From positions 1 through 43,961 of the forward strand of contig JBJKYE010000036.1 in NCBI GenBank assembly GCA_045561195.1: DNA of 43,961 nt, in the 5' to 3' direction. The translations under genes and the position numbers were made by a program. Below the pieces are notes generated by a model that did no database searches, had not been told where the DNA came from, and saw nothing but the letters and a program-made list of their open reading frames with translations. Below, piece by piece: positions 7,578-16,279 of the stretch (positions within the stretch are counted from its first letter, which is position 1; every line of letters begins with the position of its first letter). This stretch comes from Gammaproteobacteria bacterium (GTDB lineage Bacteria; Pseudomonadota; Gammaproteobacteria; GCA-002705445; GCA-002716945).

Positions 7578-8821
7578 TAGTTATTGCCTCTAAATATTTT
7601 TGCAGGTTTGATTTTTGAGGCCTTAATTGCTGGATAGATAGCAGATACAAATGTTAGAAGAAAAGTATATATAACAATGAATATTATATCATCATGATTA
7701 ATCAATGAAGGTATCTTATTCAAGTGATATATTTCAGCTGGCATTAGGTTAATTTTAAAAAAAATCTCAATGGAGCTGATAATAGCGTCGATATTATTAG
7801 CTAGTAAAAATCCAAGTAATACTCCAAAAAAAATACCAATCGAACCTAAAAATAGTCCTTGTAACAGGAATATTGTTATTACGTCAAATCTAGTTGCTCC
7901 CAGTGTAACCAATATAGCAATTTCTTTTTGTTTATTTGTAATCAACATCAATAATGATGAGACAATATTGAAAGCTGCTATGGCAACTATTAACATTAAA
8001 ATAATAAACATCACTCTCTTTTCATTATTAATTGCCGAAAATAATGATTCATGCGTGTAGCTCCAATCTTGAGTGTAATATCCGTCTATTTCTCTATTAA
8101 ATTTATCTGTGAATAATTTAGATTTTAATGGATCAGGTAGTTTTATACGTATGGTGTTTATGTGGATATTTCTCTTATTATTTGCCTCAAGAGAAGCTAA
8201 AAAATTATCTATATTTATAAAAGCATAAACATTATTATACTCATATATACCTACATCAAATATACCTGCAACATGATAGTTCTCTTTAAATTGGATCATC
8301 TTGTTAGTTGAGCTGTGTTTAAATTGAGTAAAGAGATTTATTTCATCGCCAATATTAACATCAAGCGTATTAGATACACCTGAGCCTATTATGATAGACT
8401 GCTTAACAGTCAATAAATCGTCATATTTCCCAGTAATGATATTTTCATGTATATATCCAACATTTTTTTCAAGGACAGGATTCACTGCTCTCATCAGAGA
8501 GTGTGCTGTAGCATTTTTAGATGTTAGAAGCACTTGTTTCTCTATATATGGTGAATATCCAGAGATTTCACCATTTTCAATAAAATTATCAAAAATAGTA
8601 TAATCAGAATTACTCTCATGATTGGAATAAGCTGTGACATGAGATGTAAATCCTAGAACCTTATCTTTTAACTCTCTCTCAAAACCGTTCATAACAGATA
8701 TGACTGTGATTAGTATTGATATGCCAAGAATAATACCTAAGACAGATATTTTTGATATGATATTTATGAAACTCGAATTATTTTTCGACCGTAAAAACCT
8801 ATATGCTAATAACAATCGCAT
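7577..8821 (-). CDS. lolC: lipoprotein-releasing system permease, LolC/LolE family (the only permease gene in this operon)
   Basis: 414 aa. N-terminal AYRFLRSK..FINIISKISVLGI aligns with the LolC/E N-terminus. Large periplasmic domain, then a C-terminal FtsX-type bundle (KQKEIAILVTLGATRFDV). Confidence 0.85.
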   Translation of the reverse strand: MRLLLAYRFLRSKNNSSFINIISKISVLGIILGISILITVISVMNGFERELKDKVLGFTSHVTAYSNHESNSDYTIFDNFIENGEISGYSPYIEKQVLLTSKNATAHSLMRAVNPVLEKNVGYIHENIITGKYDDLLTVKQSIIIGSGVSNTLDVNIGDEINLFTQFKHSSTNKMIQFKENYHVAGIFDVGIYEYNNVYAFINIDNFLASLEANNKRNIHINTIRIKLPDPLKSKLFTDKFNREIDGYYTQDWSYTHESLFSAINNEKRVMFIILMLIVAIAAFNIVSSLLMLITNKQKEIAILVTLGATRFDVITIFLLQGLFLGSIGIFFGVLLGFLLANNIDAIISSIEIFFKINLMPAEIYHLNKIPSLINHDDIIFIVIYTFLLTFVSAIYPAIKASKIKPAKIFRGNN

Positions 8822-8846
8822 AAAAATATTATATCATAGGGCATTG

Positions 8847-9917
8847 ATGAACCAAGCAAATATAACAGAAGTTAGATTACTTAATGATTATGATTCAAAC
8901 GGCATAGTATTAGCATGGCCTTCCTTATATCAGGATGAGCCCTACTGGTTGGGAATATTAGAGGTATATTATCAATTAATAATAGATTGTTTACAAAATA
9001 AAAAACATATTATCCTCATCACGAAAAAAAATAGAAGTATAGAAGATGATCTGAAGTGTATCAAAAGAAATATAGATTCATTTATTAAAGAAAAAGAATA
9101 TTTTACATTATATGAGATAGATTATGATGATATATGGTTGAGAGACATTGGGCCAATCATGTTAAGAATAAAGCCTCATGGGTATAATTTTAATATAATG
9201 AAGTTTAATGGGTATGGAAGTAAATATATATACAACAATGACAAGTTTTTTTCTAAAGAGTTTATAGAAAAGTTTGCATCAGGAACTTTTAATATCAAAA
9301 CATCTCTTAAAATATTTGAAGATCTAGTTATAGAACCTGGCAACATAGTATATGATGATGAACTTTGCATGGTAAATAAGCTGCCACTCATAAAGCATAA
9401 TTCAATGACCTGGAATCAAATCAACAAGATCCTGATAAATGGTTTTCAGAATATATTAAATAAAAAATTTATTGTAATAGATGTTGGTGTATTAAGTGGT
9501 GATGATACAGATGGACATATAGATAATCTAGTAAGATTAGATCAACCAAATGTCTTATATTTTATGGCTACTGACGATAAATCACACCCTGACTATGAAT
9601 TATTGAAAGACTTGAAAAGGCAAATATCGAGTAATGATTTCGGCAAAAGAAAAATTATACCAATAAATCATAATTTGACTGATATAGTTAAGAACAATGT
9701 TAATGAGATTTTACCATTTTCTTATTTAAACTATATCAGGATTGGGAAAATGATTTATATGCCTATTAATAAGTTTACAAATGAAAGAAAGAAAATTGAA
9801 ATAAGGAATATTTTTAAAAATAGTGATGTGAAATTCATACTTTGCGACAGTCTTTTGAATGAGAAAGGTGGGCTTCACTGTTTTAGCATGAATATCATCA
9901 AGGATAAAAAAATATGA
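8847..9917 (+). CDS. aguA: agmatine deiminase
   Basis: PAD/agmatine deiminase motifs: IVLAWPS, DDIWLRDIGP, DGHIDNLVR, and a C-terminal catalytic-Cys motif GGLHCFS. I moved the start from the track's 8700 to ATG 8847 (MNQANITE...). The extension would overlap lolC and has no counterpart in AguA N-termini. Confidence 0.85.
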   Translation: MNQANITEVRLLNDYDSNGIVLAWPSLYQDEPYWLGILEVYYQLIIDCLQNKKHIILITKKNRSIEDDLKCIKRNIDSFIKEKEYFTLYEIDYDDIWLRDIGPIMLRIKPHGYNFNIMKFNGYGSKYIYNNDKFFSKEFIEKFASGTFNIKTSLKIFEDLVIEPGNIVYDDELCMVNKLPLIKHNSMTWNQINKILINGFQNILNKKFIVIDVGVLSGDDTDGHIDNLVRLDQPNVLYFMATDDKSHPDYELLKDLKRQISSNDFGKRKIIPINHNLTDIVKNNVNEILPFSYLNYIRIGKMIYMPINKFTNERKKIEIRNIFKNSDVKFILCDSLLNEKGGLHCFSMNIIKDKKI

Positions 9918-10738
9918 AAGATTTGATAGATATAGTGATCATCCAAGAGACCATGGGAGATAATTTAGAAAAAAATATAAATAAGATTTATAATAAGATT
10001 TCTCTATTAGATCCAAAAAATACAACCATAGTGACTTTGCATGAATTATGTTACTTAAAGTATATTCCCATCACTAAAGTTAAAAAAAAGAAATCATTCG
10101 CAATTAATATCAATTCAGATATTATTAAAAAGTTTTGTGATTTATCAAAAGTTAAAAAAATATATATACTGTTTCCATTTTTTGAATCTTTAAATGATAA
10201 GTTTTATAATAGCCTAATATTAATATCGCCAACTGGAAAGATTATTTCAATATATAGAAAAAGAAATATACCAAGCGAACCATGTTATGAAGAAGACTAT
10301 TATTTTTCCTCATCTAAAAATCAGTTTCCCGTAATAAAGATTGGTAAGTATAATATTGGCCTGATGATTTGCTGGGATCAGTGGTATTCAGAATCATACA
10401 ATAAACTTTTGAATAGCAATGTTGATTTGATTTTATGCCCTACATCTATTGGATTTGCTTATAATGGTGATAAAAAAATATCTTTACCTGATGAAAAACA
10501 TAAATGGTTAAAAACAATTACTACAAATAGTTTTATGATAAATACACCAATTGTTGTAACAAATAGAATTGGGGTTGAATATGATGGAGGCAGAAAAATT
10601 AGATTTTGGGGACATAGCTTTATAACCAATGCAAATGGTGACATTGAATATAAAGCCGATAATAAGAAAGTTATGCACAAACACACAATTGACCTGTCTC
10701 ACAACAAAAAGTATAGGAAATTGTGGGCTTTCAGATAA
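9914..10738 (+). CDS. aguB: N-carbamoylputrescine amidase (CN-hydrolase family)
   Basis: 274 aa. Nitrilase-superfamily triad context: Glu in LHELCY, Lys in YRKRNIP, Cys in MICWDQWY. ATGA overlap with the aguA stop. Confidence 0.85.
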   Translation: MKDLIDIVIIQETMGDNLEKNINKIYNKISLLDPKNTTIVTLHELCYLKYIPITKVKKKKSFAININSDIIKKFCDLSKVKKIYILFPFFESLNDKFYNSLILISPTGKIISIYRKRNIPSEPCYEEDYYFSSSKNQFPVIKIGKYNIGLMICWDQWYSESYNKLLNSNVDLILCPTSIGFAYNGDKKISLPDEKHKWLKTITTNSFMINTPIVVTNRIGVEYDGGRKIRFWGHSFITNANGDIEYKADNKKVMHKHTIDLSHNKKYRKLWAFR

Positions 10739-10879
10739 ATTCCAATATTTTAATATAGCAAACAGTCCAACTAAGTTCTTGAAATAATGATAAATTATGT
10801 TCATTTAAATATTCATATACTGTAGAATTATTGTAAAGATGGCTCAAAACAGTTATCTGTTATTAATCGGAGATGGAAT

Positions 10880-11038
10880 ATGAGAATAGTAGCAGTAATT
10901 TTAGTAGGTTTTTTTAGTATGTCTAGTGTATACGCTATTGATGACGGATCAATGATTGATCCAGAATTGGGTAAAAGCAGTTACATTATATTCGCTGAAG
11001 AAGAAAAACCTCTAGAAGAAGAGCCAGATTGTGAATAA
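10880..11038 (+). CDS. small secreted acidic peptide (52 aa precursor), function unknown
   Basis: Hand-translated and below the track cut-off. GGAG (10869-10872) sits 7 nt upstream of ATG 10880. Product: MRIVAVILVGFFSMSSVYA/IDDGSMIDPELGKSSYIIFAEEEKPLEEEPDCE. It has a Sec-type signal peptide with a VYA cleavage motif. The predicted mature part is very acidic, with a single Cys at the penultimate position. It lies 21 nt upstream of the rhodanese gene. Confidence 0.5.
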   Translation: MRIVAVILVGFFSMSSVYAIDDGSMIDPELGKSSYIIFAEEEKPLEEEPDCE

Positions 11039-11059
11039 AAAAGTACAAAGGGAGACGAT

Positions 11060-11731
11060 ATGAAAATTAAATCAATATTAAGCTTTGTTTTAGTATCTAT
11101 GTTTACAGTATCAACTGCATATGCAGATAAACCAGTAGCTATATCAAAAGCTGATGGTCCTAATTCATTAGAAATTGGTATTTCTGTGGATGTTGGTAGT
11201 CATAAAATCATGAGAAACCAAAACAACAAAAATACAGTGAACCCAGCGTTTGCTAAAACATCAAGACCTTGTCCGCCATTCTGTGTACAACCAATGCAGT
11301 TGAGACCAGGTATTGAAACTATAGGCGAACAAGAAATAATCCACTATGCTGTAATGCAAAGCAAAGGTCAAAGAATGCCTGATGGGTCTGAAATAATGGT
11401 GATCGACTCAAGAACACCAGATTGGACAGCTAAAGGTATGATTCCAGGAGCAGTTAATATTCCTTGGACTGATCTGAGTGAAGCAAAAGGTGCTGATCCA
11501 ATATCAATTGCAGAAATAATGACAGAGCAATTCGGAGCAAAAGAACAAAATGGGCTATTCTATTTTGATGATGCGAAAACACTTGTTATGTATTGCAACG
11601 GTATGTGGTGTGGTCAATCACCAAATAATATAAAAAGCTTACTCAAGTATGGCTATCCTGCGGACAAAATTAAATGGTTCCGTGGTGGGATGCAAACTTG
11701 GGAAATCCTAGGTTTTAATACAGTAAAATAA
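11060..11731 (+). CDS. periplasmic rhodanese-domain sulfurtransferase-like protein
   Basis: 223 aa. GGGAG sits 5 nt upstream. Signal peptide MKIKSILSFVLVSMFTVSTAYA/DKP. Rhodanese-like core (VIDSRTPDW, IPGAVNIPW) with active-site loop MYCNGMWCGQS, plus an extra CPPFC motif upstream. Confidence 0.8.
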   Translation: MKIKSILSFVLVSMFTVSTAYADKPVAISKADGPNSLEIGISVDVGSHKIMRNQNNKNTVNPAFAKTSRPCPPFCVQPMQLRPGIETIGEQEIIHYAVMQSKGQRMPDGSEIMVIDSRTPDWTAKGMIPGAVNIPWTDLSEAKGADPISIAEIMTEQFGAKEQNGLFYFDDAKTLVMYCNGMWCGQSPNNIKSLLKYGYPADKIKWFRGGMQTWEILGFNTVK

Positions 11732-11751
11732 ACGACAGTTTATAAACTAAA

Positions 11752-11781
11752 AGCAGTACATAATATGTGCTGCTTTTTTTT
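11752..11781 (+). terminator. Rho-independent terminator downstream of the rhodanese gene
   Basis: Arms agcagtaca (11752-11760) and tgtgctgct (11766-11774) form 9 bp including one G-U pair. The loop is taata, followed by a run of 8 T (11774-11781). Confidence 0.7.
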
Positions 11782-11784
11782 ATT

Positions 11785-14700
11785 ATGAAAAATATATCTA
11801 ATGACAAAAAAGATTTTAAACTTGGTGGTCTATATGGATCGTCTAGCACATATATAGTAGATAAACTTACTCATGATTTTGATAATGTAATAGTACTACT
11901 TAACAACAACGATGAGGCTATAAATTTCAAAGATGAACTATCTTTATTTGTAAGAGATCAAAATAAAGTATTATTATACTTAGATAATGAGTGTTTTCCA
12001 TATGAAAATCTTATTATAGATAGTGAGGTTAATTCTGAGAGAATAAAAACATATCGAAAATTATTTGAATCAAAAAAGAATATAATTATATCTACATTTT
12101 CAGCTATAACAAAAAGAATTATACCAATAGAGTATATAAAAGATAACTATAGAGTTATAGACTCGAATAGTTGTTACAATGATATTATTAATATTCTTAA
12201 ACTCATGAAATATGAACGGACTGATAGGATATTAAATAAAGGCGAATATACGATCAAAGGATCTATAATAGACATATTTTCAGTCATAGAAGATCATCCT
12301 ATTAGATTATCATTTGATGGTGACCAAACAGACTTTATTAAGATTTTTGATATCGAAACACAAAAAACAATTCGAGAAATTAATGAGTTTTCCTTGAGTT
12401 CTGTTAATGAGATCGTGCTTGATGAGCATGCTATACAAATATATAAAAAGTCTTGTAGCAAAATATTTGATGAAGAATATATCTCAGATGTTGAATATGA
12501 AAAGATCAGCCAAGGCTTAATTACAACATCCATGCATAATATCATGCCTTTGTTTTATAAAAAATTATCACATTTTTTTGATTTATTACCTAAAACTATA
12601 AACGCTGTACTTTCTGTTAAAAATATTGAGGACGAGATTAACTTAATTAACGAAAGATATGTTGAATATTATTCTAAGTATCAAGAAGAAAAGTATTTGT
12701 TAGAACCAAAAAAATTAATAATAAGTACTAATGAATATCTTGAATATAAACAAAGTTTTAAAAATATTAAATTATCTTTCTATAAAATTGAAGAGGATAA
12801 CTCATCATTAAATTTACCTATAAAGAAACTCCCCTCTTTAATTGTCAATAACACATATAAAGATCCATATAAATCATTAATGGACTATATTAATAACACC
12901 TCAACAAAAATTATATTTTGTATAGATAGAAATAGTTTAAGAATCGAGCTATCACAAATGCTTGACAGAATAAATGCTGAATATATAGTCATAGAAAACT
13001 TATCTGATATTAGAAAAGTTAAATCAAAAATTATAATCTGCAAGAAATCTCTCAATGAGGGATTCATTGACTTTTCAGAAAAAATATCTTTTATAAGTGC
13101 AAAAGATATTTATGGAAAAAGATCAATAAGATCGCTAACAAAAAAAAGAAATAAGTTGGCTGATAACTATATAAACGATATATCGTCAATTGAAATAGAC
13201 TCTCCTGTTGTTCATGATGAATATGGTGTTGGGAGATATAAAGGATTGATTAATATGGATATCGAGGGCATTCAAACTGAACTTATTAAACTTGAATATG
13301 CAAATGAAGATATTCTATATATACCAGTAACATCAATTAATTTAATAAAAAAATATTCAGGTCATACTGGTTTAAACATACCTTTGCATAATCTTGGAAA
13401 TGATTACTGGACTAAGATAAAAAATAAAGCTCGTAAAAAAGTAAATGATATTGCAGTGGAGCTATTAGAGATCGAATCAAAGAGGCTTACAGCGCAGGGG
13501 TTTATATTCATTAATAAAGAGGAAGAATATAATAAATTTAAAGATGACTTTCCATATCTTGAAACTACTGATCAAAATAATGCTATAAACGAAGTTTTAA
13601 ATGATATGCAGACTAGTAAATTAATGGATAGATTAGTATGTGGTGATGTTGGCTTTGGCAAAACTGAAGTAATCATGAGGGCGGCATTTCTAGCAGCTAT
13701 TAACAACTCACAAACAATGATCTTAGCACCAACAACTATTCTAGTAGAACAGCATTTTAAATCTTTTATAAAAAGATTTTCGCATACAGCAATAAATATT
13801 GGAAAGTTATCCAGACTACAAACTGCAAAAGAGAGAAGTACAACTAAAAAAGATATCGCAAATGGAAAAATAGATATTGTTATAGGGACTCATTCATTAT
13901 TATCCAAAGAAATTGTTTTCATGAACCTAAAGTTATTAATAATTGATGAAGAGCATAAATTTGGTGTTACAGCTAAAGAAAAAATAAAAAAAATCAAAAG
14001 CAATATAGATGTTTTAACACTAACAGCGACCCCAATTCCTAGAACACTTAATTCTGCATTATCACAAATTAAAGATCTAAGTATAATAGAAACACCACCT
14101 CAGAATAGAAAATCAATTGTTACAAGAATCATTAATTGGGATAAAGATGTTATATCTGAAGCAATAATGCGTGAGATTAATAGAGGTGGCCAAGTTTATT
14201 ATGTGCATAATAAAATTGACACAATGGCAAATGAGGCTGAAAGGATTTTAGGCATATATCCTAATATAAATATTGGTATTATACATGGGCAACTTGAACC
14301 AAAAGCAATCGAAGAGGAGATGAATAAGTTTCTTAATAAAGAATATGACCTAATAATATGCACGAGTATCATTGAGAGCGGGCTTGACATACAAAACGTC
14401 AATACAATCATCATTAATAATTGTAATAATTTTGGGCTTTCACAATTACATCAGATTAGAGGTAGAGTTGGCAGAACAAACAGACAAGCTTACGCATATC
14501 TCATAAAAACAGAGAGATCTATTTTAACCAAAGATGCAGAAAAAAGGCTCCAAGCAATTGATTCAGTTGATAGCCTAGGAGGTGGTCTTGAGTTAGCAAC
14601 TCATGATCTAGAAATACGTGGTGCTGGAGAAATACTTGGCGAGGAACAAAGCGGACAAATATATGAAATTGGATATGCTATGTTTACAGATATGTTAAAT

Positions 14701-15174
14701 AGAAGTGTAGAGATACTAAAAACTGGATCTAGTCCTGATAATGAGGTAACAATAGAGATTGAAGCAGATACATCCTATTTAATTACACAAGATTACATAA
14801 ATGATATTGTAACAAGGCTCAAGTATTACAAAAAAATTTCGACATCAACAACAATAGAAGATAATCTATTAATTAAAGATGAAATTATAGACATATATGG
14901 GCCAATGCCAGAATTTGTAGAAAATCTATTTTATATATCTGATCTTAAGCTTTCTTTACAAGGCAAGAATATCAAATATATAAAAATAATTGGTCAAACT
15001 GTTAGAGTCAGCTTTATTGATCAAAATTTAATTAACATTGATAAAATTATTAATGTAAAGAAGGATCTTGAATTAAAATTATTGAAGAATAATATGATAC
15101 AACTAAAAATAGTCAAAGATAATTTCAAGGATATGTGTGCTGATATATCTAATTTTATTGATACAATATGCTAA
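11785..15174 (+). CDS. mfd: transcription-repair coupling factor Mfd
   Basis: RNAP-interaction/CarD-like segment VVHDEYGVGRYKG. Helicase motifs GDVGFGKTEV, LIIDEEHKFG and QLHQIRGRVGR. The start is set at ATG 11785 (MKNISNDKK..FKLGGLYGSS), which aligns with Mfd N-termini. The track's GTG 11767 lies inside the terminator stem. Confidence 0.92.
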   Translation: MKNISNDKKDFKLGGLYGSSSTYIVDKLTHDFDNVIVLLNNNDEAINFKDELSLFVRDQNKVLLYLDNECFPYENLIIDSEVNSERIKTYRKLFESKKNIIISTFSAITKRIIPIEYIKDNYRVIDSNSCYNDIINILKLMKYERTDRILNKGEYTIKGSIIDIFSVIEDHPIRLSFDGDQTDFIKIFDIETQKTIREINEFSLSSVNEIVLDEHAIQIYKKSCSKIFDEEYISDVEYEKISQGLITTSMHNIMPLFYKKLSHFFDLLPKTINAVLSVKNIEDEINLINERYVEYYSKYQEEKYLLEPKKLIISTNEYLEYKQSFKNIKLSFYKIEEDNSSLNLPIKKLPSLIVNNTYKDPYKSLMDYINNTSTKIIFCIDRNSLRIELSQMLDRINAEYIVIENLSDIRKVKSKIIICKKSLNEGFIDFSEKISFISAKDIYGKRSIRSLTKKRNKLADNYINDISSIEIDSPVVHDEYGVGRYKGLINMDIEGIQTELIKLEYANEDILYIPVTSINLIKKYSGHTGLNIPLHNLGNDYWTKIKNKARKKVNDIAVELLEIESKRLTAQGFIFINKEEEYNKFKDDFPYLETTDQNNAINEVLNDMQTSKLMDRLVCGDVGFGKTEVIMRAAFLAAINNSQTMILAPTTILVEQHFKSFIKRFSHTAINIGKLSRLQTAKERSTTKKDIANGKIDIVIGTHSLLSKEIVFMNLKLLIIDEEHKFGVTAKEKIKKIKSNIDVLTLTATPIPRTLNSALSQIKDLSIIETPPQNRKSIVTRIINWDKDVISEAIMREINRGGQVYYVHNKIDTMANEAERILGIYPNINIGIIHGQLEPKAIEEEMNKFLNKEYDLIICTSIIESGLDIQNVNTIIINNCNNFGLSQLHQIRGRVGRTNRQAYAYLIKTERSILTKDAEKRLQAIDSVDSLGGGLELATHDLEIRGAGEILGEEQSGQIYEIGYAMFTDMLNRSVEILKTGSSPDNEVTIEIEADTSYLITQDYINDIVTRLKYYKKISTSTTIEDNLLIKDEIIDIYGPMPEFVENLFYISDLKLSLQGKNIKYIKIIGQTVRVSFIDQNLINIDKIINVKKDLELKLLKNNMIQLKIVKDNFKDMCADISNFIDTIC

Positions 15175-16241
15175 TTTTGAGTCCAATCAATAGTTGTGGT
15201 TGGAAAAGCAATAGCAGCATTGTTCTCTGAGATAATTTTTGAAGTCTGATAAAGAACATCTTCTTTAATTTCCAAGAATTCTCTCCAGTCTTTTGTATTT
15301 GTAAAAGCATATATGAAAAAATCACATGATGATGCGGAGAAGCTTTTAAAGTAGACTACCGGTTTATTAGAGTGATCGATATTATTATTTTGATCTAGAT
15401 ATGCTCTTACTTTAGTCACAATTTCAGGAATTTTATCAAGATCTTCGTAGCGAAGACCAATAACCTCATTTATTCGTCTATTTGTCATTCTTGTAGCATT
15501 CTCTACGATGATATTCGAAAACGCAGAGTTAGGTATATACAAAACATTTTTAGAAAATGTTCGGACAACTGTTAATCTCCACCCTATACTCTCGACTATT
15601 CCCTCAATATTACGATCAGGTGATTTGATGAATTCACCTACTTTGAATGGACGGTCGAAATAAATCATGAGTCCTCCAAAAAAATTAGACAACAAATCTT
15701 TCGCTGCAAGACCTACTACTAAACCGCCAACACCACCAAAAGCTAGGAGCCCAGAAATACTTAATCCAAATTCCTGCATCAATGTTAACAATGAAATAAG
15801 AATTACAATGATCTTAAATATTCTAATAGTTATTTCATAAGTTTGTTCAACGACAACAGGATCGTCACCTGATTTAAGGCCTTTGAGAAAAGACTTGGTA
15901 TTATAATAATTATCTAAAACCTTAATTAAGGTCCACGCAATGATTATTATGGTTAAAACATAAAGAATCTTTGACTTATTAAAATCTTCAAATAATTGAT
16001 ATGTAACATTTAATGTTTCAGTGATAAATACCAATGAAGCTAGAACTATTAAAAAAGTAAGTGGTTTTTGTAAGGATTTTAGAAGGATATCATCAAACTC
16101 TGTGGCTGTTTTTTTTGAAATACCAGTAAAGAGTAATATAATTTTATTTTTGATAAATAAAAGGGCTAATGTTATTAAAACAATTAAAGTTAACTGGATA
16201 GACAAATCAGTTTTAAAAATTATAGCCATTATATCCATCAT
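15171..16241 (-). CDS. mechanosensitive ion channel, MscS family
   Basis: N-terminal TM helices, then the MscS core GGLMIYFDRPFKVGEFI...IGWRLTVVRTFSKNVLYIPNS. The start is chosen at the ATG ATG (M5 of the track ORF), with AAGGTG 9 nt upstream. The GTG at 16253 is an alternative. Confidence 0.85.
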   Translation of the reverse strand: MMDIMAIIFKTDLSIQLTLIVLITLALLFIKNKIILLFTGISKKTATEFDDILLKSLQKPLTFLIVLASLVFITETLNVTYQLFEDFNKSKILYVLTIIIIAWTLIKVLDNYYNTKSFLKGLKSGDDPVVVEQTYEITIRIFKIIVILISLLTLMQEFGLSISGLLAFGGVGGLVVGLAAKDLLSNFFGGLMIYFDRPFKVGEFIKSPDRNIEGIVESIGWRLTVVRTFSKNVLYIPNSAFSNIIVENATRMTNRRINEVIGLRYEDLDKIPEIVTKVRAYLDQNNNIDHSNKPVVYFKSFSASSCDFFIYAFTNTKDWREFLEIKEDVLYQTSKIISENNAAIAFPTTTIDWTQN

Positions 16242-16279
16242 AAACTCAAACACCTTTTTTTAACTTGTTAACAAATTCA

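Noticed and set aside
8700-8846. N-terminal 49-codon extension of the aguA ORF in the track
   Set aside because: It would overlap the lolC coding start by 122 nt on the opposite strand. Agmatine deiminase homology begins only after the internal ATG at 8847.
10508-10804. 98-aa minus-strand ORF spanning the aguB 3' end and 66 nt of the following spacer
   Set aside because: It is mostly antisense to aguB, which has an intact catalytic triad. It has no SD and a hydrophobic low-complexity product.
10839-10883. 14-codon upstream ORF (MAQNSYLLLIGDGI) whose TGA overlaps the ATG of the small secreted-peptide ORF (ATGA)
   Set aside because: It has no convincing SD (taaag only). Its length is well within chance expectation, and nothing indicates leader-peptide regulation. 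It is only worth revisiting if ribosome profiling data exist.
16265-16274. Perfect 10-bp palindrome TTGTTAACAA between nagZ and the MscS-family gene
   Set aside because: It is too short and AT-rich to distinguish from chance. It cannot form a stable hairpin because it has no loop, and there is no second copy nearby.
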